From a virus: a stretch of DNA of 64,000 nt. The position numbers and the translations under genes were made by a program. How positions within the stretch are numbered: the first letter of the stretch is position 1; the number at the start of each line of letters is the position of its first letter. Shown here in pieces: positions 31,860 to 40,919 of the stretch. The stretch spans positions 28,627-92,626 of IMG/VR virus record IMGVR_UViG_3300028840_006004. The stretch is one strand, 5' to 3'. Under the pieces are notes generated by a model. It was not told where the DNA came from. It worked only from the letters and a program-made list of their open reading frames with translations, and did not search any database.

Positions 31860-32060
31860 TTATTTCTTTTTCCACTTTCTTGCATTAGCGGCAAATGTGG
31901 CTTTTTTTCTTATTGCCGATGAGGATGACCTTTTTCCTGCAGCAATACAGTCTGAAGTTACTCCCCCATATCCTTTCTTTTTACACCAGTTGGTGAATGT
32001 TCCGCGTTTACTCGGTTTTATATAGATTGTTGACTTAGCTTTATTATTATGTAAGGCCAT
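31860..32060 (-). CDS. Small basic protein (66 aa), IKPSKRGTFT...RKKATFAANARKW type
   Basis: Tightly packed ORF; motif recalled from crAss-like virion modules. Confidence 0.7.
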   Translation of the reverse strand: MALHNNKAKSTIYIKPSKRGTFTNWCKKKGYGGVTSDCIAAGKRSSSSAIRKKATFAANARKWKKK

Positions 32061-32070
32061 GTCACTTATT

Positions 32071-32688
32071 TTAGTTGTCGAATTGTCGTGTTAAGGAAGT
32101 CTTTTTCAAATCATTTTCAATCTGCTCTTTTTTCAGAGCTTCTTTTAGAACAGCTTCACGCTTGAGCAGCTTATCAATAACGTCCATCGCTTTAATTTTT
32201 TCTTCCGAATTATCGATTGTCACACGAACCGATAATGGAATAGTTTCCGTTTCCTCTTTCTCAGTTTTTTTCGAGTACCAGGTGACTTCCTTTTCTCCGA
32301 TAACTCGAGCTGTTTTTGTCAGTTCAATCTTGGAAAGTTTATCCATCATTACTTCGATATCATTCAAGAGGCGGATATAAATCTTCTCCTTAAAAGAATA
32401 ACACATATCGATGTAAACATCGATGAGATCTTTCATTCCGGATATTCCTTTGAAATAACTCACGGTTTTATCCGGAAAGACCATCGTGACCACTTTTTTC
32501 TCTCTTTCCTTTGGCATGTAGTTTCGATATATCGAATCCCTGTGCCATACGTGATACACGAACCGCATCCATTTCTCAAAGGATACTTTATGATTACTTT
32601 TATCGGCTTTATAGACTTTTTTAACGATAGCGAGTTCCATGCCCTGCTCGTTTACTACTGCTTTTCCTTCTACCAGGCTTATAAACAT
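32071..32688 (-). CDS. Conserved protein upstream of terL (possible terminase small subunit)
   Basis: KVYKADKS.HK..FEKWMRFVY..W.RDSIY; helical; position. Confidence 0.5.
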   Translation of the reverse strand: MFISLVEGKAVVNEQGMELAIVKKVYKADKSNHKVSFEKWMRFVYHVWHRDSIYRNYMPKEREKKVVTMVFPDKTVSYFKGISGMKDLIDVYIDMCYSFKEKIYIRLLNDIEVMMDKLSKIELTKTARVIGEKEVTWYSKKTEKEETETIPLSVRVTIDNSEEKIKAMDVIDKLLKREAVLKEALKKEQIENDLKKTSLTRQFDN

Positions 32689-33311
32689 TATTTCTTCTTC
32701 CTCCCCTTATTAAAGCACCAATACATAGTAACATACAGATCCCTGTTGAGTATATCATAATGAGCTGAATAAGCATTTCTTTTCTTTGAAATGAACATAA
32801 AGGACGGTGCCAGTCCAAACTCGGTCGGCGATCGTCCAAGTCCGATTCCTCCGTAGAATTCAGCTTTATAAATTCTCTCAGTTCTTTCTACATAATGTGT
32901 ATGAATGACAGGTTCATATAAAAAAGAACGGTGAACGATCCTATTCTCGCTCACCGAATCTTTGACTATTACTCTTCCATTGGTATCGTCTACCAATACA
33001 TCTTCATAATAATTTATTGCATAATACTCAACGAATAATTGTTCGCATTGTTTAATGAATTCCAGTGTATCAATATTCTGCTCTTTCCATTGTATCAGAA
33101 TCTTCGTAGATCCTGTATCCCTATACTTGATTTCCGGCACCTTCTCTATAACTGGATACGGAATGAGAGAATCTCTCCACTCGATAACATATTCAACATT
33201 ATCATCACACGGCTCTGGTGAACTACATTCTCGTAAGAACATAATATAAACAAAGGCTGCTACAAGTAGCAACCCCATCACCATATTCATTGATTTACTT
33301 AGACTGATCAT
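32688..33311 (-). CDS. Membrane-anchored spanin-like protein
   Basis: N-terminal TM helix, D-T/S-rich stalk, C-terminal amphipathic beta strands; next to a holin candidate. Confidence 0.5.
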   Translation of the reverse strand: MISLSKSMNMVMGLLLVAAFVYIMFLRECSSPEPCDDNVEYVIEWRDSLIPYPVIEKVPEIKYRDTGSTKILIQWKEQNIDTLEFIKQCEQLFVEYYAINYYEDVLVDDTNGRVIVKDSVSENRIVHRSFLYEPVIHTHYVERTERIYKAEFYGGIGLGRSPTEFGLAPSFMFISKKRNAYSAHYDILNRDLYVTMYWCFNKGRKKK

Positions 33312-33534
33312 TACGCATAGCTTTTTCGAGAATCTTAGTCTTGTCAGAACTTCCTTTTGAGCTACCGTAATGATAATTGATTATTGTAGTGAATGCTGCG
33401 ATTACTGCGCCTATCAAAAGATTGACTGCAGATTCATACTTTCCGGTGCTGATCAGATAGAACATGACTGAAAAAAACCCGAGGGTGACTACAATGGATA
33501 AACTGATCTTTATCCAGGATGTTACTTTCTCCAT
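33295..33534 (-). CDS. Holin-like two-TM protein
   Basis: Two TM helices followed by INYHYGSSKGSSDK, a motif typical of small phage holin-like proteins. Confidence 0.7.
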   Translation of the reverse strand: MEKVTSWIKISLSIVVTLGFFSVMFYLISTGKYESAVNLLIGAVIAAFTTIINYHYGSSKGSSDKTKILEKAMRNDQSK

Positions 33535-33539
33535 AAGAT

Positions 33540-34016
33540 TTAATTTATTGGTAAACTATTATAATTCCACCAGATCAGTCCGATTCCGACCAACAGGAAA
33601 AATACTTTGATCGCAATCTGTAATCCAGTGCTTTTTGTTACTTGATCAGTCTTGGCAACTGTACCCGTATAAAAGGGAAGCATGCCTCTAAACCAATTTA
33701 AATTCAGATCAAACCAGAACCATCTTATCGCAAAGGCGAGTTCTGCAAATATTAAAATCCACCAACTCAACCCAACAAATGCAAAAATAAGCCAAGCGAC
33801 AACCCATCCTTTGACAATAGAGTCAATTAGGTGCCATCGCTTGTTAGCCTTTAAAGATTTTTCTTGAAAATCTTTTTTAATATCAGGCGTTTTGAATTTT
33901 GCAGCCTTTACCGCAAACTGTTTGTCTTTTAAGACTTCTGAATCATGCCATGCATCCAATGTAAAATAACCCAGCAGGAAGACCACCAGGTAAATAATGA
34001 TAAGTAAAATTGTCAT
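33540..34016 (-). CDS. Multi-pass membrane protein (start MTILL at 34016)
   Basis: About 4 hydrophobic helices; ATGA overlap with the upstream stop. Confidence 0.65.
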   Translation of the reverse strand: MTILLIIIYLVVFLLGYFTLDAWHDSEVLKDKQFAVKAAKFKTPDIKKDFQEKSLKANKRWHLIDSIVKGWVVAWLIFAFVGLSWWILIFAELAFAIRWFWFDLNLNWFRGMLPFYTGTVAKTDQVTKSTGLQIAIKVFFLLVGIGLIWWNYNSLPIN

Positions 34017-34498
34017 TTGCCATTCTTTTTGTACACTACGATAATGTAAGTTTCTTCTTGCGAAGATAATACGAAATGCCATTCACCGGGTTCCACAATT
34101 TCAATTTCACCAATTTCTGTCAATGAAGCTTCCCTTACAATCTTTAACATATCAGCGTCTTCATAGACTTTTACTGTAAATTTTCCTTTGATTAAAATAA
34201 ATTTTTCCACCATGTTATGATGGTGGTGAAAGATTGATTTTGAATTTGGATAAAGTTTTGTAATTGAGTAACTCCAATTTGAGCTGTCTTCGCCTAAACC
34301 CATTATCTTCATGTAACCGCATTCAATAGCCTCCCTCGGCACCGGCATCCACATATCCTGACGAATTTCAGCAATAGGTCTTCCTTTGGCCTCAAGTGTT
34401 ATTTTTTCCATGACATTATCAAGGGCTTTTACAGCTTCTCTTGATGCTATTTCAGGATCGTTACACATAGGTTTAATTTTTAGTATTGTTTTGAACAT
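34013..34498 (-). CDS. Cupin-fold protein
   Basis: HHHHNMVEKFILIKGKF and IVEPGEWHFV match cupin motifs 1 and 2. Confidence 0.7.
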   Translation of the reverse strand: MFKTILKIKPMCNDPEIASREAVKALDNVMEKITLEAKGRPIAEIRQDMWMPVPREAIECGYMKIMGLGEDSSNWSYSITKLYPNSKSIFHHHHNMVEKFILIKGKFTVKVYEDADMLKIVREASLTEIGEIEIVEPGEWHFVLSSQEETYIIVVYKKNGK

Positions 34499-34859
34499 TG
34501 ATCAGTATTTCGTGATCTCTGTCCTGGTTATTCAAAATCTTTTCATGCTCTCTTGATATCATATCGCTTTTAACATCGTAAAGTGAAGCGACTGAAAGAG
34601 CTTTGTCAGCAAGATCATTTATTCTGTCATCCCTTTTTTTTAATTCCTCTTTATGAGCATCACAGGTTTCCAGACAGGCTTTCTCATGCTTATCAATAAT
34701 GTCTTTGATCATTTGTTTATGCTCTTTTTTTAATTGCTTGGTATCCTTATACTGATACCACGCAATGAGCCCAAGCAAGACAATTATTGGAGGCTGCATA
34801 AACAGCCAACCCCACTGGTCCGACACAGGAACCTGCAATATGACGAACAATTCATCCAT
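34473..34859 (-). CDS. Single-TM plus coiled-coil protein (holin/hemolysin-like)
   Basis: N-terminal TM helix followed by a charged coiled coil. Confidence 0.55.
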   Translation of the reverse strand: MDELFVILQVPVSDQWGWLFMQPPIIVLLGLIAWYQYKDTKQLKKEHKQMIKDIIDKHEKACLETCDAHKEELKKRDDRINDLADKALSVASLYDVKSDMISREHEKILNNQDRDHEILINVQNNTKN

Positions 34860-34876
34860 AACAAAATTAACCCAAT

Positions 34877-35437
34877 TTACTTTATGTATTCATTCCTGCT
34901 TCCCCAGGAATCTATTTGATAGTGAATATCAAATTCAAGAAGTTTTGCATCTGCTCCATAACCATCTCCACCATCACCACCAATCCTGGCAATTTCAACT
35001 TTCATCATGGCACTTACAGAATCGATACCAGTCATGTCAATATCTCCAAGCTCTGTTAATAAATGCTCTCCTGCAGTATCATTATCAGTAATGATAGAGG
35101 TGGTTTTAATACCAAGATCAGTCCATGTTCCAGGATAAACATCTCCAAGTTTAGCAATCTGATATCTCATCCTCCATGCAACATTTCCTGTTGCTGAGGT
35201 TGTTTTATGCCAGTGAACATGTGGACTTACTATTGATTCTAATTTCCATTTATGTGGAAACTGCACCTGAAAAAATAGAAGCTCAGTAGAGCCAGGATCA
35301 AACAACCAGCATCCGTCAGTTGGATCAATATCAGGATCCGAAGCAGCTCCCGGTGGATTTACTGCTGAAGCGGGAAAACGTAAATCATCCCACATTACTC
35401 CTGATTCACTTATTCCATCTCTGTTTTTATACGACAT
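34877..35437 (-). CDS. Putative tail-fibre-associated beta-sandwich protein
   Basis: WDDLRFP, QFPHKWK, PHVHW, LLEFDIHYQID.GS, a recurring phage fibre C-terminal domain. Confidence 0.6.
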   Translation of the reverse strand: MSYKNRDGISESGVMWDDLRFPASAVNPPGAASDPDIDPTDGCWLFDPGSTELLFFQVQFPHKWKLESIVSPHVHWHKTTSATGNVAWRMRYQIAKLGDVYPGTWTDLGIKTTSIITDNDTAGEHLLTELGDIDMTGIDSVSAMMKVEIARIGGDGGDGYGADAKLLEFDIHYQIDSWGSRNEYIK

Positions 35438-35442
35438 AATTT

Positions 35443-35895
35443 TTATATTCTAAAAAATGGTCTTATTGTTGTTGTTATATTATCAAATGTAACCACATCC
35501 CCATCACCATCAGCAGTCACTACAAGCTGTATCTTATCTCCATTCTCAAGATAAACAACTGCAGTTCCACTCATAGACTGAGGCTCATTGGCTGTTTTTA
35601 AATAAGCAGGTGTGTTCATTGGCGTAAAAAGTGTACCGTTCTTCTTAATTGAAGCTGTAATCGTCATTCCGTTAGAATCTCCTTTTACGTTGGCATGAGC
35701 ATCAATCTCAAAATAATGGCCATGATCACCATCATACTGTATAGCGGGATCCGCAACAAGAGAAAATGACTCGATAGGATCATTACCGAAAGTTCCGTTG
35801 ATAGGGTAATAAGTTCCTGCGGTAACTACTGTAGTAGAAGCTGGTGCCTGTAAATAAGCAAAGATTCCTTCTCTCACATATTTTCGATAAGCCAT
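35443..35895 (-). CDS. C1q/TNF-like structural (fibre tip) protein
   Basis: IKKNG, VVYLENGDKIQLVV pattern. Confidence 0.55.
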   Translation of the reverse strand: MAYRKYVREGIFAYLQAPASTTVVTAGTYYPINGTFGNDPIESFSLVADPAIQYDGDHGHYFEIDAHANVKGDSNGMTITASIKKNGTLFTPMNTPAYLKTANEPQSMSGTAVVYLENGDKIQLVVTADGDGDVVTFDNITTTIRPFFRI

Positions 35896-35906
35896 AGTCT
35901 TTCATT

Positions 35907-37421
35907 TTAGATTACAAACCAGTTTGAGCCATCACAATATAAAGTAATAGCTTCATAGTTACTTTGCAATAAGAATGAAGCTGCTCCGTCAATAGTCTGT
36001 GCTCCTTCAGTTGTGATAGTGATATTATAAGTTAAAGCTCCTCCTGCAGCATCTTTAATGACTACTTTTCTTCCAGCATAAGTTTCTGCAGTAGCAAGAT
36101 CGATAGCACAAGTTCCTGTCGCGGTCCTGGTAACATGAAGAATTTCTTCTCCAGCTCCTAAAGTATGTGTTGCAGTAGATACTGTTGTTGGTAATGGATT
36201 TGGATCAAGCGTACTCCAGTTAGTTCCATCATAAACAAATAATCCTTTTTTGTCAGAATCATAAACAACGGTTCCGGCTTCAAGAAGAGTAAGGGCAATT
36301 CTTTCAGCTGAAGTATATGACCAGTATTTGTGGCCCATGATATAGACCATGTTTGGCTGTACTGCATTTTGTGAGTCACCTCCAAGGATAACAGATTTAG
36401 TTGCTGATGATTGATTTTCGTGATTAATTCCACCGAAAATACCTGAGTCATTAGCCTTTTGAAATCTATCGCTGGGAACTGCAGTTGTTACTCTAAACAA
36501 GGAATAGGCATAAGAACCATCACATTCAAAACCTTTTGTAGAGGTATGATATCCATAATGAAAAGAACCGATACCATCTATTTTACTGTATGCTCCAGCA
36601 GCAAATGAAAAAGTTCCGTTAACATCATTACTTCTGCCGAAAGCTACAGATCCGTCACCATCAGCAGTAGTTTGCTGACCGCAGACAAAAGCATAACTTC
36701 CGCTTGCCTGACATGTATTCCCAAAAGCAACCGAATATGTTCCAAGGCTTCTTGTGCTATATCCTAAAGAAGCTGAATAATCACCTGTTGCTCCTCTACT
36801 ACTACTACTGGGAGTAGATGCGTCAAAAGCACCACTTCCAATATTTCCATACGATCCACCACCTGATATAGGAGCATTTTGAACTCTCCATCCAAGATTA
36901 CCTGCTTGCACGATTGTCTTTACTCCTATGTCTTCATCATAACCAACTATTTTAGGTATTCCCAGGGTAATATTGTAAATATCCTTTGATCCAATAACAA
37001 GACCATTTTTAAGAACAAATTGTGTTAAGGATATCATCGGCTCGAAAGCTATTGCTGGAGTAAAAACAACATCAGTGTCTTTGATATAAGTGGAAGTTGT
37101 TACAGTAACAATAGCTGTGTTTCCAACACCATCACTAAGCATCATGTCCTGACCAACAACATAAATAGCACTATAATCCCCTGGCATTTGAAAAACAGTA
37201 GGGCCAAAGGAATTTTTTATACTCATATCTGTTTCTGTGCCATCGTTGAATGATTTGATTGCAGGAATCTCGATTACCTCATCGAAAAATCCGCCTCCTT
37301 CCCTTCTGGTAAAAAAACGACCATCATAAGTGTTGACCGCAATTTCTCTTGCTAAAACTTCAGAATACAGAGGAGTGTCGTCTGGCGTAGAGCTGTATTT
37401 ATGTAATATTGTATAACTCAT
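35907..37421 (-). CDS. Tail fibre with Mtd/hyaluronidase-like N-terminal domain, YadA-head-like repeats and C-terminal beta domain
   Basis: EIAVNTYDGRFF; GxxSxAxG repeats; GRKVVIKDA...TIDG...DGSNWFVI. Confidence 0.8.
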   Translation of the reverse strand: MSYTILHKYSSTPDDTPLYSEVLAREIAVNTYDGRFFTRREGGGFFDEVIEIPAIKSFNDGTETDMSIKNSFGPTVFQMPGDYSAIYVVGQDMMLSDGVGNTAIVTVTTSTYIKDTDVVFTPAIAFEPMISLTQFVLKNGLVIGSKDIYNITLGIPKIVGYDEDIGVKTIVQAGNLGWRVQNAPISGGGSYGNIGSGAFDASTPSSSSRGATGDYSASLGYSTRSLGTYSVAFGNTCQASGSYAFVCGQQTTADGDGSVAFGRSNDVNGTFSFAAGAYSKIDGIGSFHYGYHTSTKGFECDGSYAYSLFRVTTAVPSDRFQKANDSGIFGGINHENQSSATKSVILGGDSQNAVQPNMVYIMGHKYWSYTSAERIALTLLEAGTVVYDSDKKGLFVYDGTNWSTLDPNPLPTTVSTATHTLGAGEEILHVTRTATGTCAIDLATAETYAGRKVVIKDAAGGALTYNITITTEGAQTIDGAASFLLQSNYEAITLYCDGSNWFVI

Positions 37422-37424
37422 GGC

Positions 37425-37988
37425 TTACTGTTTTGATCGTTTATAAATTGAATCGCCTTCCAGTTTTACATTTTCATTACCCCTGGAATATACCGTGCTT
37501 TGTCCTTTTGCAAAAATAGTTGCTACACCATTTCTTTTGATGAACACACTTTCTTCGGCATATATTGTTTCAAGACCGTTTGATATAATTCTTGATTTTC
37601 CGCTGGCACGGATAATACAATTTTCATCACCATAAACATAGGCTTTTGCATTTTCACTGAGCAAAACCTCTCCGCTTGTAACGACTACTTCAGCATCTCC
37701 GAAAACAGCAACGGTTCCTGCAGTAACAAGACCATGGCCCTCGTTAAAATCAGCATTGAAATAAATACCGTTTTTATGCAAGGTTTGTGGATCAAGCTTA
37801 TTTAAAATAGCTTCTGTAAACCATCCTGCTTCATAACTCCACACCAACCATTTTTTTGCGTGATTGATAATGTCCGTATATTTTGTCGCTGCCTCTAAAG
37901 CGTCTTTTGATTCCTGGCAATAGCCATGTTCAGCTGCAAGCTTAATGGTTTCTGCCTTGAATTCTTCAAAATTCATATATTGTGTCAT
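37425..37988 (-). CDS. Hypothetical protein with C-terminal beta-helix-like repeats
   Basis: Repeats such as VAVFGDAE, AYVYGDE, IRASGKS, FAKGQST. Confidence 0.6.
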   Translation of the reverse strand: MTQYMNFEEFKAETIKLAAEHGYCQESKDALEAATKYTDIINHAKKWLVWSYEAGWFTEAILNKLDPQTLHKNGIYFNADFNEGHGLVTAGTVAVFGDAEVVVTSGEVLLSENAKAYVYGDENCIIRASGKSRIISNGLETIYAEESVFIKRNGVATIFAKGQSTVYSRGNENVKLEGDSIYKRSKQ

Positions 37989-37999
37989 TATTGCAAATT

Positions 38000-38212
38000 T
38001 TAATAGGTTCCACCATCGATTACACCACCAATAGAGCCAACAAGCTCAACAAGATTTCCACTCGGATCCCGATAATACCATTTTCCGGTTGATGGATCAT
38101 AAATTAACTGACCTTCCTTAACTGCGTTTGGAGGCAATGTATTCAGCGAATGAACCGTTCTTGAGGCTAATGCGCGAACCTTTCCGTCTGTTCTTCGTTT
38201 TTTGTTTTTCAT
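38000..38212 (-). CDS. 70-aa protein paralogous to the N-terminus of the 38214-39752 fibre, ending IDGGTY
   Basis: VKEGQLIYDPSTGKWYYRD versus VKEGQMVYDKSTGQWAYRD. Confidence 0.8.
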   Translation of the reverse strand: MKNKKRRTDGKVRALASRTVHSLNTLPPNAVKEGQLIYDPSTGKWYYRDPSGNLVELVGSIGGVIDGGTY

Positions 38213-38213
38213 T

Positions 38214-39752
38214 TTACACTGATGTTATTGTTTCCCATGCTGCACCTGTCCAAACTTTAAGTTTATTAACAGTGGTATCGTATGCTAATGTACCGGCTTC
38301 AGGCGAACCAGGAAGAGATCCTGTTGCCTGACCTTGAAGTTTAAGTGCTGGAACATAAACCATATTGGCTTGAACTCCGGATTGACCGGTTCCGCCAAGA
38401 ACAACGGTATTATCACCAGTATTAGGAATGTCATTGTCAGTTCCGCCAAGAACCGCACAATAATCACCCTGTATGGATTTTGCTGATGTTGTGTGTTGAA
38501 ATCCGAATGCTCCGATTCCATCAACGGTAAAAAGTGCTGCTGGCTGACCGTGACCTCCACCAAATGTGTAAGGTTTGTTTGTTATGACATAGTGACCACA
38601 AACAAAACTTCTGTCTGCAGCCGCATAAGCCTGGGTTCCCTCACCGAATACAGCTGAATAATCACCGTAAGCTTTTGAGTATTGACCAACTGCTATACTG
38701 TATTTTCCTGATACTTCTGACCTGTAACCTCCAGCAATGGATCCTTGCCCTGTTACAGAGTTCTGATAATTGAGGCAAACAGAGTATGTACCTTTTGCTC
38801 CATAAGTTGAGGTTGTTGTTCCGGAATAAGAAAGGTCAACTGCATGGTTTCCGATATCTCCATGATGTGCAGGATTTCTGTCAGAAATTCTATGGCCAGT
38901 ATTTGCACCTTCTTTTAATTCTTTTAATCCGGCAAGATTCAGCCAAACATTAGCTGCCGGAGTATCATCAAAAAGAACTTGATGCCTGTCAAGATCTGAA
39001 TCATAAACGATAGTTCCAAGCTGAGAGTCCGGAAGAGCGGAAATTTGAACCGTAGTGTAACTAAGATATTTAGTTCCCGGTAAGTAGACCATATCAGGCT
39101 GTGTCGCAGCTTGTGAGTCACCTCCTAAAACAACTGAACGTAATCCAGCAGACCCTATACTATTATTACTTCCACCAACTATCGCTCCGTGAGCAGCTGA
39201 CACATCAATAACGTTTCCTTCTCCGCCAAGCGCTGCAGTAAAATCACCAAAAGCATCATTGGTTTTACCAAAAGAAACTGAAGCTTCACCCCCAGCCCGT
39301 ACAGTACTTCCAACAGCTAATGCAGCTACACCCGTTGCTGAAGATGCCAATCCTCCTGCAGTTGAATAATCTTTTTCAGCGTAAGTACCATTTCCAAACG
39401 CAAAAGAATAATCACCTACTGCTCCAGCAAATATTGTGACCCCTACACTTTCGCTCAAGTCAGTCGCTTGCTCTCCAATATCACCATAAAATGTAGGCGA
39501 TTTGCCTACAAGTCTGTAACCATCATTTCCTCCTTCAGTAATCTTTTCAAGTCCAGAAGGAACAACTATTGATCCTGCAACAGGAACATACTGAATAGTA
39601 CCAGTATTGTCACGATAAGCCCATTGCCCGGTTGACTTGTCGTAAACCATCTGGCCCTCCTTGACCTTGTTTGCATTTATAGTGTTAACTTGATGAATCA
39701 CCCTTTGAGTAAGGGATCTACCACGCCCAGTGCGTGTATCTTTTTTCTTCAT
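38214..39752 (-). CDS. Tail fibre with two tandem YadA-head-like repeat modules
   Basis: Duplicated GL....EG.N.G.R...GDIG..A.DLS / VVLGG..Q...Q..MVY.P / GT..YD units. Confidence 0.8.
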   Translation of the reverse strand: MKKKDTRTGRGRSLTQRVIHQVNTINANKVKEGQMVYDKSTGQWAYRDNTGTIQYVPVAGSIVVPSGLEKITEGGNDGYRLVGKSPTFYGDIGEQATDLSESVGVTIFAGAVGDYSFAFGNGTYAEKDYSTAGGLASSATGVAALAVGSTVRAGGEASVSFGKTNDAFGDFTAALGGEGNVIDVSAAHGAIVGGSNNSIGSAGLRSVVLGGDSQAATQPDMVYLPGTKYLSYTTVQISALPDSQLGTIVYDSDLDRHQVLFDDTPAANVWLNLAGLKELKEGANTGHRISDRNPAHHGDIGNHAVDLSYSGTTTSTYGAKGTYSVCLNYQNSVTGQGSIAGGYRSEVSGKYSIAVGQYSKAYGDYSAVFGEGTQAYAAADRSFVCGHYVITNKPYTFGGGHGQPAALFTVDGIGAFGFQHTTSAKSIQGDYCAVLGGTDNDIPNTGDNTVVLGGTGQSGVQANMVYVPALKLQGQATGSLPGSPEAGTLAYDTTVNKLKVWTGAAWETITSV

Positions 39753-39798
39753 AACACTTTGTGTTAAGGGTCGTCCCTGGCGGGATGCCCACGATTAT

Positions 39799-40110
39799 TT
39801 ATATAATCGGCTCGTGCCAGTGTACCTGGACACCTAAAATTCTTGACTTTTGTTTCTCGCCGTTAACTGGTTTTGGCTTTGCTCTTAATATTTTATCCAC
39901 ACCGAGAGGAGTCCATAGATCCCTGATATGATAGACTGTGTCCATTTCTTTGAAATGATGACCGGATCTGTGCGCTTCTGCCCATAAATCAAGGACTTCT
40001 TGCTGGCCTGCTTCGGTTGGCTGTTCCCTTGCTTCGATAGCAACTTTTTCAGGTACAAGCCATTCTGTGTGATAGCGATAATACTTTTGAGCTTTGCCTC
40101 TATTCTCCAT
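39799..40110 (-). CDS. Hypothetical protein (start probably MENRG at 40110)
   Basis: ATG 8 nt downstream of a TACTTTTG box. Confidence 0.6.
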   Translation of the reverse strand: MENRGKAQKYYRYHTEWLVPEKVAIEAREQPTEAGQQEVLDLWAEAHRSGHHFKEMDTVYHIRDLWTPLGVDKILRAKPKPVNGEKQKSRILGVQVHWHEPII

Positions 40111-40118
40111 ATCAACAA

Positions 40119-40154
40119 CAAAAGTAACTATAAAATCGAATTCTGTCAATAAGG
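40119..40154 (-). promoter_or_regulatory. Bacteroidota-type promoter (ATTG-N20-TACTTTTG)
   Basis: Same geometry and CTTATTGA upstream element as the promoter at 27146. Confidence 0.65.
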
Positions 40155-40214
40155 ATTCTTCAGAAAATTTTAACTGCAAAAAATATTTTGCGAAACCCGC
40201 GTGGCTCTAAGGCT

Positions 40215-40242
40215 AAAAAATTAGCATCACTTGATGCTAATT
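40215..40242 (-). terminator. Intrinsic terminator after the HNH gene
   Basis: AATTAGCATCA/TGATGCTAATT inverted repeat followed by a T-run on the minus strand. Confidence 0.6.
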
Positions 40243-40243
40243 A

Positions 40244-40768
40244 TTAAAAATTGAACCTTTTCTCTGCTTCTTCTCGATGGATCCAGTGTTCTTTTCCGTC
40301 AATAATGAATGAAATGATCTTACCATTATAAGAAAAGATTTTTCCTCCTTTATTTATTATAGGAGCACACAACTCGAAGAAAAAAACAACCTGTCGCGGA
40401 GTTTCGACAACCTGGCCAAATCGTTTCGCAGTTCTGTAGTTCACTGAATACTTATTAACACGTTCCAGTTGATAACCTATTTCCCGGCGAAAACCTTCCA
40501 GATCAAAACTGTGCTTGAAATTATTACACCTTCTGCAGGATGGATTAAGATTATCAATGTGATTAACGTCCAATTCAGTGAGGTGTGACAGGAATTCTGG
40601 GACTAATTCCGGGACAGCAGACTTGACATCGGCCATGAATCGGTTTTTGGCAATTATGTGATCAATTTGCCATTGTCTTTGCTTGAGCTCTGTACCGCAA
40701 TACGCACAATATCCGCCGTACTTATCGTAAACCTGCTTCCTTAGCTTTTTCGAGATCGTTTTTTTCAT
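40244..40768 (-). CDS. HNH endonuclease (start MKKTISKK at 40768)
   Basis: CAYCG...QIDHII...NLNPSCRRCNNFK. Confidence 0.9.
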   Translation of the reverse strand: MKKTISKKLRKQVYDKYGGYCAYCGTELKQRQWQIDHIIAKNRFMADVKSAVPELVPEFLSHLTELDVNHIDNLNPSCRRCNNFKHSFDLEGFRREIGYQLERVNKYSVNYRTAKRFGQVVETPRQVVFFFELCAPIINKGGKIFSYNGKIISFIIDGKEHWIHREEAEKRFNF

Positions 40769-40919
40769 ATTCTTTAAATTTCTTTTGCCACTCTTCTGAG
40801 GCATAGGTAATATCAAGCTCCCAGTATGCGCCATAATCAGCAATTAAGTGCACACCTTCCCAGCTTATTGGATGTCCTTTATGAATTAATACTATTATAG
40901 TTTTGAATTGAAATATCAC
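40722..40919 (-). CDS. Small hypothetical protein
   Basis: GTG start overlapping the upstream stop; fills the gap. Confidence 0.45.
   Translation of the reverse strand: MIFQFKTIIVLIHKGHPISWEGVHLIADYGAYWELDITYASEEWQKKFKEYEKNDLEKAKEAGLR

Noticed and set aside
32621-32839. Nested o-spanin in an alternative frame
   Set aside because: No convincing start, signal peptide or lipobox.
35907-39752. Diversity-generating retroelement (TR/VR) or invertible fibre cassette
   Set aside because: The repeats are diverged protein-level paralogy, not ~100-bp adenine-specific variants; no reverse transcriptase or recombinase in the window.
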